Of a DNA stretch of 64,000 bases, positions 1 to 12,446 are shown in pieces (positions within the stretch are counted from its first letter, which is position 1; each line of letters opens with the position of its first letter). A program made the position numbers and the translations under genes. Source of the stretch: Carcharhinus amblyrhynchos (lineage: Eukaryota); contig OZ336878.1 in NCBI GenBank assembly GCA_965287045.1, forward strand, positions 71,114,001-71,178,000, in the 5' to 3' direction. Under the pieces are notes generated by a model. The model worked only from the letters and a program-made list of their open reading frames with translations. It was not told the DNA's origin and ran no database searches.

Positions 1-19
1 TCAATAATATCCATAGACA

Positions 20-860
20 ATCCTCCTTACCCACATGTGCTCATGATCTCTTCAAATAGTTCAATTAAATTAGATTTGATCGTCCCTTAAAATTATGCTA
101 ACTGATGAATTGGATGTCCAAGTGCTCAGTCACTGTGAATGTTAGATTCTATTAACTTGACTACAATTGGTATCAAACTGACGGGACTGCAAGTATCTGA
201 ATTCCTTCTACTAAGGAATGGAATGACATTTGCGATTTAATAACCCTTTAACCTAAGAACTTTGGAATATGATCTTCTCACCTGTAACGCCAGGGTGGAG
301 ATCAGGCTTTGGAAATTGTTTATTTTCTTAATTGTTTATTTTTCCCCCCAACCATTAAAGCCACTAGTCTTCATCCCTTGATCTAAATTTTTGAATTTAA
401 AAAACACTGGTATTTAGAGCTCCCTTCCTCCACCGTGAAAACAGGTACCAAGCACCAGGGTTGTTCAACAAATCTGCCTTGTCCATTTAGTTTCACCTAT
501 ACTTGTTTAATGAATCCATATTCTTGTTTAATAATTTTTCTCCAACAACATTTAGTGCTAGCTTTCCAATTTTTTTTGTACATCCTTCTAGCATATTCTG
601 CTACATTCATTTTGTTGCTTTTTATGGTCATTGTTGGATTTCTGCATTTTATTGCAGTTCTGCAAGCCTTTTCTTTTAGCTTGATATTGTCACTTAGCTC
701 ATTTGTTGAGCGTGGTTTCTAAATTACACAAGTGGAACAGTTGCCTTTTAAGGGTATGGTTGCAATTAAGTGAGGAAAGGTTGGATGGGCACCCTCCTTT
801 TATATCCTCTCCTTGTTTAACCATAATAGATACTTTCATTAAAATGGATATTTTGCCAAT
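20..860 (-). mobile_element. Heavily decayed CR1-clade LINE ORF2 fragment
   Basis: Stretches such as 'cttcctccaccgtgaaaacaggtaccaagcac...ttgttcaacaaatctgcc' and 'tatcaaactgacgggactgcaagt' resemble antisense CR1 RT-region motifs (LN.YF.SVFT.E; NYRPVSLT). No intact frame. Confidence 0.5.
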
Positions 861-1410
861 TGAGTATTTAACTGTATATGTGCTATGATAACAGACTCAA
901 CCAGACAAGTTTTCACAAAGACGACAGGACAGACAAGCTCAAGTACACAAACACACGGATTGCACATCCACATAATGTGGGGAAGGTAGGATTGAGCAAC
1001 AGAGTCCCTATAGAGTCCAGAGAAGTAAAAGGGATATACAGAGTCTGAAGGTTGGTGCTCAGCTAACTTCACTTACTGTTTTCCCTTGCCGAGCCAATTT
1101 AAATAAAGATTTGGATGGACAATTTGCCTGTTCGTCTGGGAGATAGAAGTGTGGGGTTAAGTTCCTTTAGCGTAGTCAACCCACAAACAGGGTCAAAAGC
1201 TTGCAAGTTGAAGAAGGAAACCTGCCCCACCCCCCCAAAAATCTGGGTCATCTTCCTTCAGCATCTTGTCTGCCCATTCTCTATGGCAGAGAAAGTAGAT
1301 ACTTAAGATAGGTTTGTCACATAACTGTAACCCAGTGATGCAAACATGGTTGTGTGCTGGTGGATTCCATTGTAATTTTAATTCATTGCTGAGAACCCCC
1401 TCTCAACCAA

Positions 1411-1496
1411 GGGTCTGGGTGGGATGCTCTGTCAGAGTTGGTGCAGACTCAAATGGGCCAAATGGCCTCGTTCTGCATTGCAAAGATTCTAGAATC
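1411..1496 (+). mobile_element. HE1 SINE / HER1 LINE 3' tail fragment
   Basis: 'ggtgcagactcaaatgggccaaatggcctcgttctgcattgcaaagattctaga' matches the tail of the full copy at 54947-55269. Confidence 0.7.
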
Positions 1497-3360
1497 ATTG
1501 TAACCTAGCAGATAAATAGTTCTATTGCCAGCAATTGGGTAACAAGCAAGATCTTGGAAACCAGGGTATACTTTTCTGCTTAGAGGGTTAGAGAGTGAGA
1601 TTGAAGTTATAAATAGGACATTAAATCTGTGCCTACCCCTTCACACAGCGTCAAACATCATCCAGGATTCTCGTCAGGGTTACAATTCCAGAAATTAATT
1701 TTATCCCCTCAACCCACATTTGCAACACTGCAATTCAAAGACTGCTCCTTTACATCCTCACCTTCTAAAGGGCTGTACAAACACCCTACACTAAATAATC
1801 ACTGCAACATGAAACATATCTCCCAAACAATTTTTCTGATCAACAAATGATCAAGTACCATTCGAGAAGCACCTCAAACAAGCTTTTGCACAAAAATTAT
1901 TGCATTAGAATTCTCTAATGCATCAAGTGTTCCCATTTGTCACAGAAATGTCACATTAATTAGCTTGATTCACTGTCTGTATGGAAGAGCGGACAATAGA
2001 AATTTTATTAACCTTACCCCACTGGCACAGCTCTTAGTGTTACTGCCTCACCTCGAGTTCAAACTCAGATATGAGTGAACTCTATCAGAGGTCATTCATA
2101 GAGAGTAATGAAAAAACCAACAAGTTAATATGTATGATATCCATGTCATGCCTTGGAACAAATGCTGTACTTATTCACAATTTATATTAAATTGTTGTTA
2201 TGCATTAATTATTCGCGACCTGCTCGTAATTAGTGAACACTGGGCTCTCTTCCTTTCCTCAACCCCACGCAGAAGATATATAATGGATTTTGGATATAAA
2301 TCAAATATAGACAAAAATAGAATGTGCCATTTAATGAAGTTCCAAGTGGAATCTAACAAATCCTGGTGCTGGCAAAACGCTTCCTCCACCATCAAGAAAG
2401 TACAGGACACACATGCACATTGCACCATGCCCAGATGCAATGCCATGAAAAGTTAACTAAAGAGCACAGTGGCAGAAGACAAAACAGCAGAAAGATTTTA
2501 AAATGCTCATCATTGTCTTTAAAAAGACACTGAAAAGGTGGCTTCTTAGCATTCCCTTTGCTGCAATTGTTTTACTTGATGTCTGAAATTGACTAGACAA
2601 TAAAATCACGTGCAGACATGTATACAGTGCCACCTACAGTTAAAAAATGTTGGCTCAGCCATAGGTTACCAACAGGTATTGATAACTTACAACCAGTGAA
2701 ACAGATGTTAGAATTGGCCTTTATGAAACTGTGACCAAAACTAATTGATCCAGTCAGATGTGTGACATTAATTACAACAAAACCTTTATTCCATCAGGGG
2801 ATTGAAACCGGCTCAAAACTCAGGTATTAGCCTGGATTGGAGATGCATATAAAGTTTATCCAGATGAACAGACCATGCAGCAGATTTAGCCTCTCTTTAG
2901 GAAGGCGCAACTAATTCTAGTCAATATCCCCCATAACTTAGATTACCAACACATGACTTAGATTTGAACAACTTTTTGAAATAACTGAAGTAAAGCATTT
3001 ATAAAACTAAAGCATTGCTACTAATCTACTTTGTCTTCGAAAATCTGAAGCCACGGCATGCAGACAACTAGAAGGGCACTGAAGAGAGACATTTTTATTC
3101 TGGCACAGAAAGTCCCTTTACCTTGCCTTTCGGTAGAGACATGGGTAAAAATGATATAAACACCATCTAAGAAGTCCCCCTCAAGTACAACAGAGTAAGA
3201 ATTTCAATTGAAAAATATAGCAGGTAGCTCTGCCAACAGCTGACATGGTCATATTACTCAGGTTAAAAACACAAACTGCATCCCAATGCCACACCCCAGA
3301 ACCTTTTCCTGCTGGCATGATAATCCTTCAGATTCATGCATCAATCCACTAGTTTAGTAG

Positions 3361-3621
3361 TTAAAGTTTATTTATTGTCACAAATAGACTTTAATTAACA
3401 CTGCAGTGAAGTTACTGTGAAAATCTCCTAGTTGCCTGTCTGGATAGACTGAGGGGGAATTTAGTATGGCCAATGCACGAGCCAGCACATCTTTGGATTG
3501 TGGGAGGAAACTGGAGCACCCGGGAGGGAACCCATGCAGACACAGGCAGAATGTGCAAACTCTGCAGATAGTGACCCAAGCTGAGAGTTGAATCCAGGTC
3601 CCTGGTGCTGTGAGGCAGCAG
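3361..3621 (-). mobile_element. tRNA-derived V-SINE (HE1-like head and V domain, alternative 'CACAGTAACTTCA...AATAAATAAACT' tail)
   Basis: Reverse complement gives CTGCTGCCTCACAGCACCAGGGACCTGGATTCAA (B-box region) and the V-domain GTCTGCATGGGTTCCCTCCCGGGTGCTCCAGTTTCCTCCCACA. Tail is shared with the copies at 37545, 53907 and 60441. Confidence 0.9.
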
Positions 3622-5124
3622 AGAAATCAAAAGGGATGACATGCATAATAATTTTATTTATACCTACAAAATTCTCAAACATAAAATGGATCTCAATTTT
3701 AAAAAAAGCAGCAAATTTCCCCAAACCCAATTTCATATACACATATACTATATCACTCATGCATGAGTGGATCAGAGGCTTGGAACATCACAGCGGTGTA
3801 ACAGCAAATCCCTTGGCATCTGCAGTCATTACTCCGCTGAAACGAAGCCAGACTTCAGGAGTCCGTACACAAGCAGAATAATGTGAAAATGCAAAAATTG
3901 CTGTTAGTGATTCCTCTTTCCTCTACTGGGACAACCTCCCATTCTCTGCCCAGAGTGTAAAACTCAGCGTAATTGTACATTTACAATAGTAAATTGCACA
4001 TCTCACTATAAAAACCCTAGAAAAAATTACAACTTATTGAATGGTTTTAGATGGCAGATTAACAATTCTGTTGAACACTGACATTTTTCCTGAAAAGCTA
4101 ATTTCATATTTGAGGAGTTAAATCTATCCCTTATTACAATTAAGTGTCAAAAGACTTTTCCCCTCCCAAGTTTGAGTCCAATCATAATTTTATTCGTTTT
4201 GCTTTCTGACAATTGAAATTTATACAGTGAAGAAATCAGTGCTTTTAACATCTTGGTTTGCAGCCTCTTGAGGATACTTAAACTTGATTGGTTGCCTCCC
4301 CTGCTGCTGCATGCCTCAAGATCCACTTGGAAGTGGTGGTGGATTGAAACTGCTGCCAGGAAAAAGGAAAAATCCATACTACAGAAATTGCTAAGTCCTG
4401 ACAGCTTTATTCAAGGTCAGTTAGTTAACTCTGACCACATTGTATTCAATAGGCCAAAGTGACTGGCTACAAAATACGCACAACTCTTGCTTACCCTTTA
4501 ACTGCTGTCATTCTTTTTCACACTGACTGAACAAGTGACACATTCTATCTGCAGAATGAACTGTACATCCTACAGGATTCCAAGATAGGAACTGGCAGCC
4601 CTTCACTGCACCTTCAATGTACTGCATGTTCACTGTCTTTCTGGACAATATGCTTGTTGTTTCAAGCAAGGTCAATTGTTAAACAAAAAAAAAAGTGCTA
4701 TTGCAATAACATAGCACTCCATTTTAACATACGAATGCCTTGAGAGTACAGCACCTTTCGTTTCAATTGCTCCCTCTGATCATTTTTTTGTGCAATTTCA
4801 GCCACTATGTACTGTGGATGTTTAACTCCAACTTTTAATATTTTACTGGGGCTCCAGCTTTATTCGAAAGGACCAACCATGTTCATTCCATCCCAAGTGG
4901 GACTGGTCCAAACTCTGCCATCAAAACAGTGAGCAAATGGTGCTCATTGCTATTGGCATACTAAGTTTTTTAGGCAAAAGGCAGACACGTAGTCAAATCA
5001 AAACATTCAGAAGTTGCTGCTAGCAGTTAAGCCACTTTACCATTGGCCTTGCAAACCAGTAACTGCGTCTGCTGAAACTGCAAGGTAGTTTCAAACTAAA
5101 CTTAGTTATGGATTGTCCATTCAC

Positions 5125-5125
<1 letters not shown>

Positions 5126-5155
<30 letters not shown>
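5126..5155. repeat. (AAT)n microsatellite
   Basis: About 10 consecutive AAT units read directly. Confidence 0.95.
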
Positions 5156-5158
<3 letters not shown>

Positions 5159-7251
5159 ACAAACTCAGGTCCTTGATGCAGTTTCCTTTACTGCATTAGC
5201 AATACTTTTTCCTCCTTTTTCCATATCTGTTATTGAACAGAAGTGCAACAGTACTCTATATTGAGGCAACACCATACAGCTATAGATCAAAAGCATTTTT
5301 AAAGTAGTCAAAGTCCTAAAAAAACTATTTACCACATGGAATATACTGCAGAGTCTGACATTTTTCTTTTAATACATTGCTCCCACATCAGTAGTTCTGA
5401 ACATCCCTGTAAGGATGTTGTCAATAAGTTGATATTATGCTTGCTTGCCAGCTTTTGCTGGGTCAACAAGGTTAATTTGCTACTGTTGCTGCTGAGAGTC
5501 CAACAACTGCAGAGTGGGCTGTAATCTGAGTTCATGGTTAACTGCTGGCTGACTACGGTAGTAGTTTACACTCTTATCAGACAACACAAGTAGGAGTTTT
5601 TATTCCTTCTTATCACAGATTTATGAATATACTCGACTCAAGGATCCAAATCATAAACCAATGTTCAACGTCAGATATCATCCATGGGGAGTTAAGACGT
5701 CCGGAGATAGGTGACACTCATTAAAACTAGCAATCCTGTGTTTGAGCGCTCAGGTCAAATAGAGACCATAGCTCTGCATCTCATTTATCCCAAAGAGGTC
5801 AGCAGCAACAAGTTTTACTCGAGAGTTCCAGTAACGTTCACAACGAGGTTTTCAAAACAATTTTTTAAAAAAAGGTTTAGCCAGCTATTTTGCTTTTCTT
5901 TCTGGATAAATTCAGTTAATTCAAATGCCACCCACCACGGACACTTGTTAGAAAGTCAGCACCTTTAGAAATACAAATCTTGAAGCTACATGAAAACAAC
6001 AGATCGCTCAGACCCAAATTGAAATTTAAAATAGATAATGCAAAATAGAAAATTGAACTTGGATGTTTTCACTGATTGCAATCCATATGAAAAAGCAAAT
6101 CACTTCCTTTCATTCATCATCCAGGGGATAAGACAAGTAACCTGTTCCCTGGCTGTTTTGCTTTGCAATTTGCCACTGCTTATGTAATCAGTCTTCAATA
6201 ACTTGGTTTATGCCTCTCTGCAGAAAAAACTGACCCCTCTTCTCTGATATCAATGACATAAGTCCAACCACTTGATGTATACCATGAGGCGACTGCTGTG
6301 ACAACTTGTGCTCACATTTACATGTATTTGAAAGGGAAATGTAATTTGGACCACCGATGAGAATTATTTACAAAAGTGCAGCTGTGCACCCCAAAGCAAA
6401 TTGGAGACAGATTATCCTGATGTTCAGAGATAGCAGATCACTCAAAGTTGCCTTTCAGAAATCCTACTGACTCATTTTCCTACCTGGCCATGCCAATGCA
6501 TTGTACTGAGGGGGATATCACCACTCTGCTCAGCCGCAAGCATTCCTGCAGCTTTAAAACGAGGCAGCCAAATTTCAATTTTTACTTCAAGGCTTCATTG
6601 TGAGCCCTTGCACTTTGAAAGTAGTCTGGATAGATCATCAGTCTGGTCACATCTCCATTACATTTGCGTCTGTTGTATCCTAACAGACTATGGGAAAAAT
6701 ATTTACTACAATATTTGATTTGCTACCTAGATAACTACTAAAATGACACAGGAGGAGAGTTCTCAAATCAATTTACCCAGTCAGGCTCTTTTGGAAGGAT
6801 TTTTCATTAGGGGACAGATGGGTTTTTCACTGTTTTGAATAAATGTTAAAGAATCCATGAGATAATGCCAATTTGCAGTTTCTTCACAAAGCCCTACTGA
6901 AAACATATAACCTTTGGCCTAGATACTGTAAACAAATCAAACATTCCATTTGTTTCCCCCCTTAAAGTGGGAAAACGGCAGAGCTTTCAGCATCAACTAA
7001 TACAAGCAGTCCACATACCACTTCCCAATATTGCCCTAAAAATATTTAGGCTGCAGAAATGAGAGTTGAGCAGTTCAATACCAAACTGCAAAAGGTATTG
7101 AATAAATAAATCAAAATAATCTTTGCATTTATACATTGCAGACTTAGACATTTTATTACAAAGGAATTCAAGCCAACATATGGGAAGCAGTCAACTCTTT
7201 GGCACATGTTTGAATACCTTCTTATTGATGTAGTTCCTATCAATCTAGATA

Positions 7252-7494
7252 CAAGTCTTAGTATTTATATAGCACCTTTTGTGACTTTGATGCAACCTCA
7301 AAAACAATACACAATGAATTGTAGTCACTGTTATAATGCAAGAAATGTGGCAAGCAATCTTGTGCACAACATGAGCCAGTCGGGAGATAATAACCAGAAC
7401 TATTTTAATGATATTGGTTTTGGGGTAAATATTGGCCAGAACGGAGATGAACCTGACTGCCTTCTTTCAAATAGTGACATGGGATCTTGTGTCC
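7252..7494 (-). mobile_element. Deu-domain SINE (SacSINE1/AmnSINE1-like), 3' half
   Basis: 'tttatatagcacctttt...tagtcactgttataatgcaagaaatgtggc...taaatattggccaga...aaatagtgacatgggatctt' is the antisense Deu domain plus tail. The 5' half resumes at about 8550. Confidence 0.75.
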
Positions 7495-7529
7495 TTTTTG
7501 ATTTATTTACAGGATATGGAAAATTTCTC

Positions 7530-8240
7530 CTTGGCCAGGATTTATTACTCATCTCTATTTGACCTCAAGAAGGTGGTGGTGAGCTGCCATCTTGAATCAC
7601 TGTAGTTCCAAAGATGCAGGTATAGCCAGAATGCTGTTAGGGAGTTCCAGGATTTTGACCCAGCAAGAGTGATGGAATGGCAATATACTTCAAGTCAGGA
7701 TGGTGTGGAACTTGGAGGAAAACTTTCAGGTGGTGGTGTTTCCATGCATTTGCTGCTCTTTGTCCTTCTAGATGTTAATGGACACCCAGTATTCGGTCAA
7801 TAATCAATCCCCAGTGGGAGATTCAGTGATGGTAATACTCCAGAACGTCAACATCAAGAATGCGACAGTTAGATTATCTTGCTCTTAATGGCCATTGCCT
7901 GGTGTTTGTGTGGTATGCATGAATGCTGCCACCTGTAAGCCAAAACCTAGATATTGCCCAGGTCTTGCTGTATTTGGATAGGAATTGCTTCAGTACAAAG
8001 TCATAAATGGTGAACATCAAACTGTGCAGTCGTCAGCCATAATCTTCACTTCTGACCTTTGGGTGGAAGGATGGTCACTGGTGAAGCAGTTGAAGATTGT
8101 TGCACCGAGGACACTATCCTGAGGAATGCCACCAATGACTGATCGCCAATATTCTTCATATCACATGGAGTGAATTGATTTAGCTGAAGACTGGCATCTG
8201 TGATGCTGGGTACATAGAAATCAGAAGCAGAGTAGACCAT
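7530..8240 (-). mobile_element. Decayed CR1/L2-group LINE 3' fragment
   Basis: 'aaggtggtggtgagctgccatcttgaa...ggagttccaggattttgacccagc...ggtggtggtgtttccatgcatttgctgc' is a common elasmobranch LINE 3' region. Related plus-strand pieces lie at about 21040-21230 and 28200-28840. Confidence 0.7.
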
Positions 8241-8549
8241 TTGGCACAGCAGGCTCAAAAGGCCTTTCCATTTTGTTCATGGTTGATACACAAATACGTA
8301 GGGTTATGGAGGTCGGCCCTGGCTGCGATTGTTGCAGGTGCAGGCTCGATGGGTCAAATGGCCTCTTTCCACTCTGTAGGGATTCAATGATTTTATGCAA
8401 TCAGACAACGTTTTGACCTCAAATACTTTGTGGTAGCGAATTCCACACATTCACCGCCGTCTCGATGAAGTAATTTCTCCTCACTTCAGTTCTAAAAGGT
8501 TTACCCCTCATCCTCAAACTATGATCCCTAGTTATAGAAAAGTACCTCA

Positions 8550-8905
8550 ACAGGAAGGCTGTACGAGAGAAAGACATAGCCTCAGTTTCACGTCTCATCT
8601 GAAAGACTGTGCTTCCTCAGCACTGTGCTATTGTGGAAATCTAGATTATGTGTAAATCTCTGGCATGCCAGAAGCAAAATACTGAGATGCAGAGATTGGA
8701 AACAAAAACAGAAAATGCTGGAAAACCTCAGCAGGTTTCACAGCATACACAGAAAGAAAGAGAGAGAGAGGCAGGATGATCCTTTGTGGTGCCAAGTGAT
8801 GATCCTGACCCAAAACATTGGCTCTATTCTCTCTTCAGATGTTGTCAGATCTGCTGAGTTTTCCAGCATTTTTTGTTTCTGTCCCTGGAATGAGATGAGA
8901 TCTCA
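8550..8905 (-). mobile_element. Deu-domain SINE 5' half, interrupted by a Penelope-type element
   Basis: 'cctcagtttcacgtctcatctgaaagac...ctagattatgtgtaaatctctgg' then 'gtccctggaatgag' match the antisense SINE head seen intact at 17935-18105. Confidence 0.6.
8671..8882. mobile_element. Penelope-like inverted-repeat remnant
   Basis: Arms 'acaaaaacagaaaatgctggaaaacctcagcagg' (about 8702-8735) and 'ctgctgagttttccagcattttttgtttctgt' (about 8851-8882) are near-reverse-complements. A single arm of the same family is at 56998-57120. Confidence 0.7.
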
Positions 8906-9276
8906 TTATTAAAAATCCTTCAAAACAAAATTTATGAAAACATACAGCAAGTCCTGATGACATCCAAGACCCCTGATGGACATAGTTGAGCCCAACTGGA
9001 AGTGAGCTAAGTCAGGCAAGGAGACATGCAGTCAAAAGCTCTTGTAATAGTACCTCAGCCAGGACAAGTGAAGCACATTAAATATTATGCTTGCTGCAGA
9101 ACCTTAAGTCACCTCAAATTTGAGGCAATCATTCCATGCAGAATTGCATTGCCCATCACCTCATGAGAATGACACTTACACCAATGTGATTACATAGATC
9201 ACTGGCATGAAACATGCCTTGGCAATCAATTCAAATTTAAAGATAATTCAGCTGCAGCAACACCTCAATTTCTTAC

Positions 9277-9324
9277 CTCTGACATGGGAAAATAGCAACA
9301 AGCTCTCATGGTTGTGCACTTCAT
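9277..9324 (-). CDS. Candidate alternative first coding exon of the RalGDS-family gene (MKCTTMRACCYFPMSE)
   Basis: In-frame ATGs (second in acaaccATG context), phase-0 end at a strong donor GAG|GTAAGA, and an AT-rich TATA-like TAAATAAAAGG about 30 bp upstream. No homology recognised. Confidence 0.3.
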
Positions 9325-11689
9325 ATAACTTGTGCTCACTGCTCAACCCTTTTATTTAAAAAAAATCCCTTGAATGAAGAAAATTCTTTTAATCAACAGC
9401 ATGCCAGATAGAAAAAAGGAAAACTTTACAACAACACTGGAGCAGCCACAGACAAAAGTCAAAAACAACTCACTTCAGATGTGTCATTTCTTGAAAATAA
9501 AGATGGGTTTAAAGGAATTGACTACCTCCTTCTTCCTCCCCTTCACTAATTTGACATGATACTTTTGTCAGAGGCGATCATTGACCAATGTGCAAGATTA
9601 ATGCCACAGCAACATGTGAAAGTTACAACACTTATACAGCCTTCACAGATCTTGCTTACTTGTAGCAAATTCTAACTAATCACTAATACAGGCAGTAAAT
9701 TAATTGGATTGGACAGATTGCATAATATCTACTGTAAAAACTAATAATCTCATGGAATTCATTTTGGGAAAAATCAAAGAGTAAAATGAAATTGCATCTT
9801 ATTCTCTTTTGGAAAGGAATGTTAACCTTCCAAAATAATACTTAGCATCAGAATGTTCAACTTTATAATGAAACGTGCAAACGAATTCCTCTGCAAGGTC
9901 AGATCTCTGATGCATCACTGCAGTTATGCGATATACACTACCCAGGCAGCTCCACTACTCCCATCATAAACCCCTTTCCGAATGATTCTCTCTCCCTCCC
10001 TCACTCACCTCCCCCCCCCTCTCTCTTTCTCTCTCATACACAAAGACAGAACATGATTTTCACCCGACAGTGAAGTCAATTACCTGAAGCTGCTTTTTAT
10101 CTCCCTGGATATTATCCTCCCTGCACAAAGCCGTTACTGTATGTAAATTAAAAAAGGAAGCTATCTGCAGCTTGGCCTCAGCTGAGCTTGTGCACAATAG
10201 CTGCAGATGAACAATGACAGTGCTTCCCAATCCCCCGTTACCTTTAGGTTGGGGAAAATACAAACATTTTAGTAAATCCCACACTGTAGCAGAACTCCGA
10301 GGTCACGGCTCCGCAGTTAATTAAACGTGCTTTGTTTAAAGTGTGTGGATTGACGATTGATTTTTAAAGAATACCACAACAAAAATCCTTCAACAATCGG
10401 GAACCTTTGTTATCAGTCAACATCTCATGTTTGGAGCACAGGTTTGCCACACTACACCTCCAGGAACGGATGTATATCAGGATAGAACCTGAAACTTCAT
10501 TATTCTAATAGCAGATGTACATTTCCCCCTTACCCCGCTCCCGTCCCCAGCACAAGATTAGATTATTCAGATTTTGTCCCTTATCAGTAGCTAATATTTT
10601 GCAACCGGGCGATTCTATAGCTGCGGTACGCTTTTCTAATAAAGTAATTAGCAGCATCCAAAGTGTAAGGGCTAGGAGCAAAAGACTGCATTGCTGAGGA
10701 GTCACTTGGAAGGCGTTTCAAGACAGCCAAACATTGAAATCCACATCCCCCCTCCTTTTCCCCAACTGTAACATCGAAACAAGAACTCGGGGCTTCACCT
10801 GGACCAGAATTTTGTTTGTAACATTTTTGCGCAGCCAGGCCCTTTGCGAACACATTTGATTTGATGGAATGAAAGATGAAGCTACTTGGTCATGCACGTT
10901 GAAATACTGCTAAAACTTCTCATTCAGTGAATTTAAACCAATTGCTGTTTTCAAATGTCACGTTGCGTTTTGCCCTCCCCAGCAAACACATACAAATCTC
11001 AAATTGCTGAATTTACATTATGATTAAAAAACTAACACAACAGCCCCCTCAGCGGTTGCACGCCAGAACTGTTCCAATAAAAAGTCGCACTCAAGTATGC
11101 GAAAGACCTTCTCTGCGAGAGGCAAAAACTGAGAGGACGGAGCAGCGAGTGATGACTGCTGTATAGACTCTCCCATCAGTAATGCTATGGCGAATATCTA
11201 TCCACCAGCCATCTCACTGGGGAAGACAGTAACAGCCTCTTCCAAACAGGCCAAAGGGGTCTTCCAGAAATAGTCCATTAAAACAAAGTGTCTTTTCTAG
11301 CTTAAATGAATAAGTGGTCAATTAAAACTGACATTTCTGGCTTAACAAATTAAAGTGGCCAACAAAACAAAGTGGCGTTTCTAATTTGACTGATGAATAA
11401 AGCACACCAAATGGTTGTTCGTTCAAAAACCAGTTATTACTTAATACGAGTAAAATAATACAGCACAGAAATTATTATGCAGTCCTAGATATATTTCACA
11501 CAGATGCCACTCAAATATAATCCTTCTCTCCTCCAACCACTGATGCAGAGTCAGGATTTGCCGCGAAATAACCTTATTATGGGAAAAAATAAACTTGCCA
11601 TTTGGAATGTGTACAGCGAGTCCAGCGACAACTATCTGCTCAATACAGCCATCAGTAACCAACCCCCCACACAGTGAGAATCAAGCCTC

Positions 11690-12210
11690 GCCTCTCTCTC
11701 AGACACATACCGAGGAGTTGTTTTCCTCCGGACACCGGGCTTGATAGCTCTGCAGGGCCACATTGGGCTCGTCCAGCAGTTCCAGGACCAAGCTCCGCTG
11801 GATGTTCCGCACTGCCGAGCGCTTGCGGTCGAACATGCCGTGAGTGCCCACATCGGGGCTCCAGATCGGGGCTTGCAAGAGTTCCACAGGAGACGGAGAA
11901 ATCATTGGCGAGAAGGGAGGAGGGGAAAAAAAAACACAATCCACCGGCTCAAAAAGTCATGTTTCGTTCCCAGCACCAAAAGCTGGACTGCAGAGAGGTC
12001 GCCTTGTCTCTCTCTCTCTCCCTGCGGTTGCCTGGCAGCCTCGCGGAAGCTTGCCCCAGCTCTCTCTGCCTAACGAGCAACAGCTGCTGGCCAGCGCCAC
12101 CTTCTCCCCTCCCACTCCACACTCATCAAACTCCGCTCCGGATCCGGATCCAGATCCACTCCGGATCGGGCCGCCGCAGATTACCTCCCACCCTCTCGCC
12201 CTGATCTCAC
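11690..12210 (-). promoter_or_regulatory. CpG island / promoter and 5' UTR of the RalGDS-family gene
   Basis: Sharp local rise in GC and CpG in an otherwise CpG-depleted window. It overlaps the first coding exon and contains a 3-codon uORF (ATG ACT TTT TGA, 11960-11949) and GATCC hexamer repeats near 12138-12170. Confidence 0.8.
11711..11905 (-). CDS. RGL1: First coding exon (65 aa, phase 0) of a Ral guanine nucleotide dissociation stimulator-like gene, most likely RGL1
   Basis: MISPSPVELLQAPIWSPDVGTHGMFDRKRSAVRNIQRSLVLELLDEPNVALQSYQARCPEENNSS ends at donor TCG|GTATGT, with an in-frame stop upstream and GC3-rich codons. The motif RSLVLELLD..NVALQSYQARCPEE aligns with recalled first exons of human RGL2 (RPLRLLLD...VVLSSFRSRDPEE) and RALGDS (VRLEV...VVLHSFTQLDPD). 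The paralog is assigned by adjacency to antisense APOBEC4. Downstream exons were not found in the window. Confidence 0.8.
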
Positions 12211-12305
12211 TCCCCCCACCTCCTCATTCAAATGAGCGACTTGTATGTCTGAGAGAGAGAGAACTCCTGGCAGAAGCTCTGACACACACAACCTAGTCTG
12301 GAGTA

Positions 12306-12446
12306 GGTAAACACAGTAAGACGTCTCACAACACCAGGTTAAAGTCCAACAAGTTTATCTGATAGTAAACCCACTAGCTTTCGGGGTTTGCCCAAAAGGG
12401 GACTTCTTACTGCGTTTACCCCAGTCCAGTGTCCGCATCTCCACAT
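12306..12446. mobile_element. Penelope-derived short element with target-site duplication
   Basis: 'acacagtaagacgtctcacaacaccaggttaaagtccaac...gacttcttactgcgtttaccccagtcc...catctccacatc' is the same family as 60684-60863. Flanked by tctggagtaggta (12297-12309) and tctgcagtaggta (12446-12458). Confidence 0.75.

Noticed and set aside
3122-3142. MSLPKGK|GTAAAG micro first-exon candidate
   Set aside because: Poor Kozak context, no promoter signal; expected by chance in 64 kb.
4495-4548. 54-nt exon-like segment with strong donor AGG|GTAAGC
   Set aside because: Weak acceptor and stops in all three frames; indistinguishable from a chance pseudo-exon.
5329-5535. Minus-strand ORF ending near a donor-like TG|GTAAAT
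   Set aside because: The donor would be phase 2, incompatible with the phase-0 RGL1 junction; no homology.
11711-11836. Resemblance of MFDRKRSAVRNIQRSLVLE to the DOCK9 or NET1A alternative first exons
   Set aside because: Weaker than the RGL2/RALGDS motif match, and APOBEC4 synteny points to RGL1.
11674-12296. Long plus-strand ORFs (176, 110 and 150 aa) over the CpG island
   Set aside because: Pro/Ser-rich, low-complexity frames expected from high GC; antisense shadow of the real exon; no recognisable homology.
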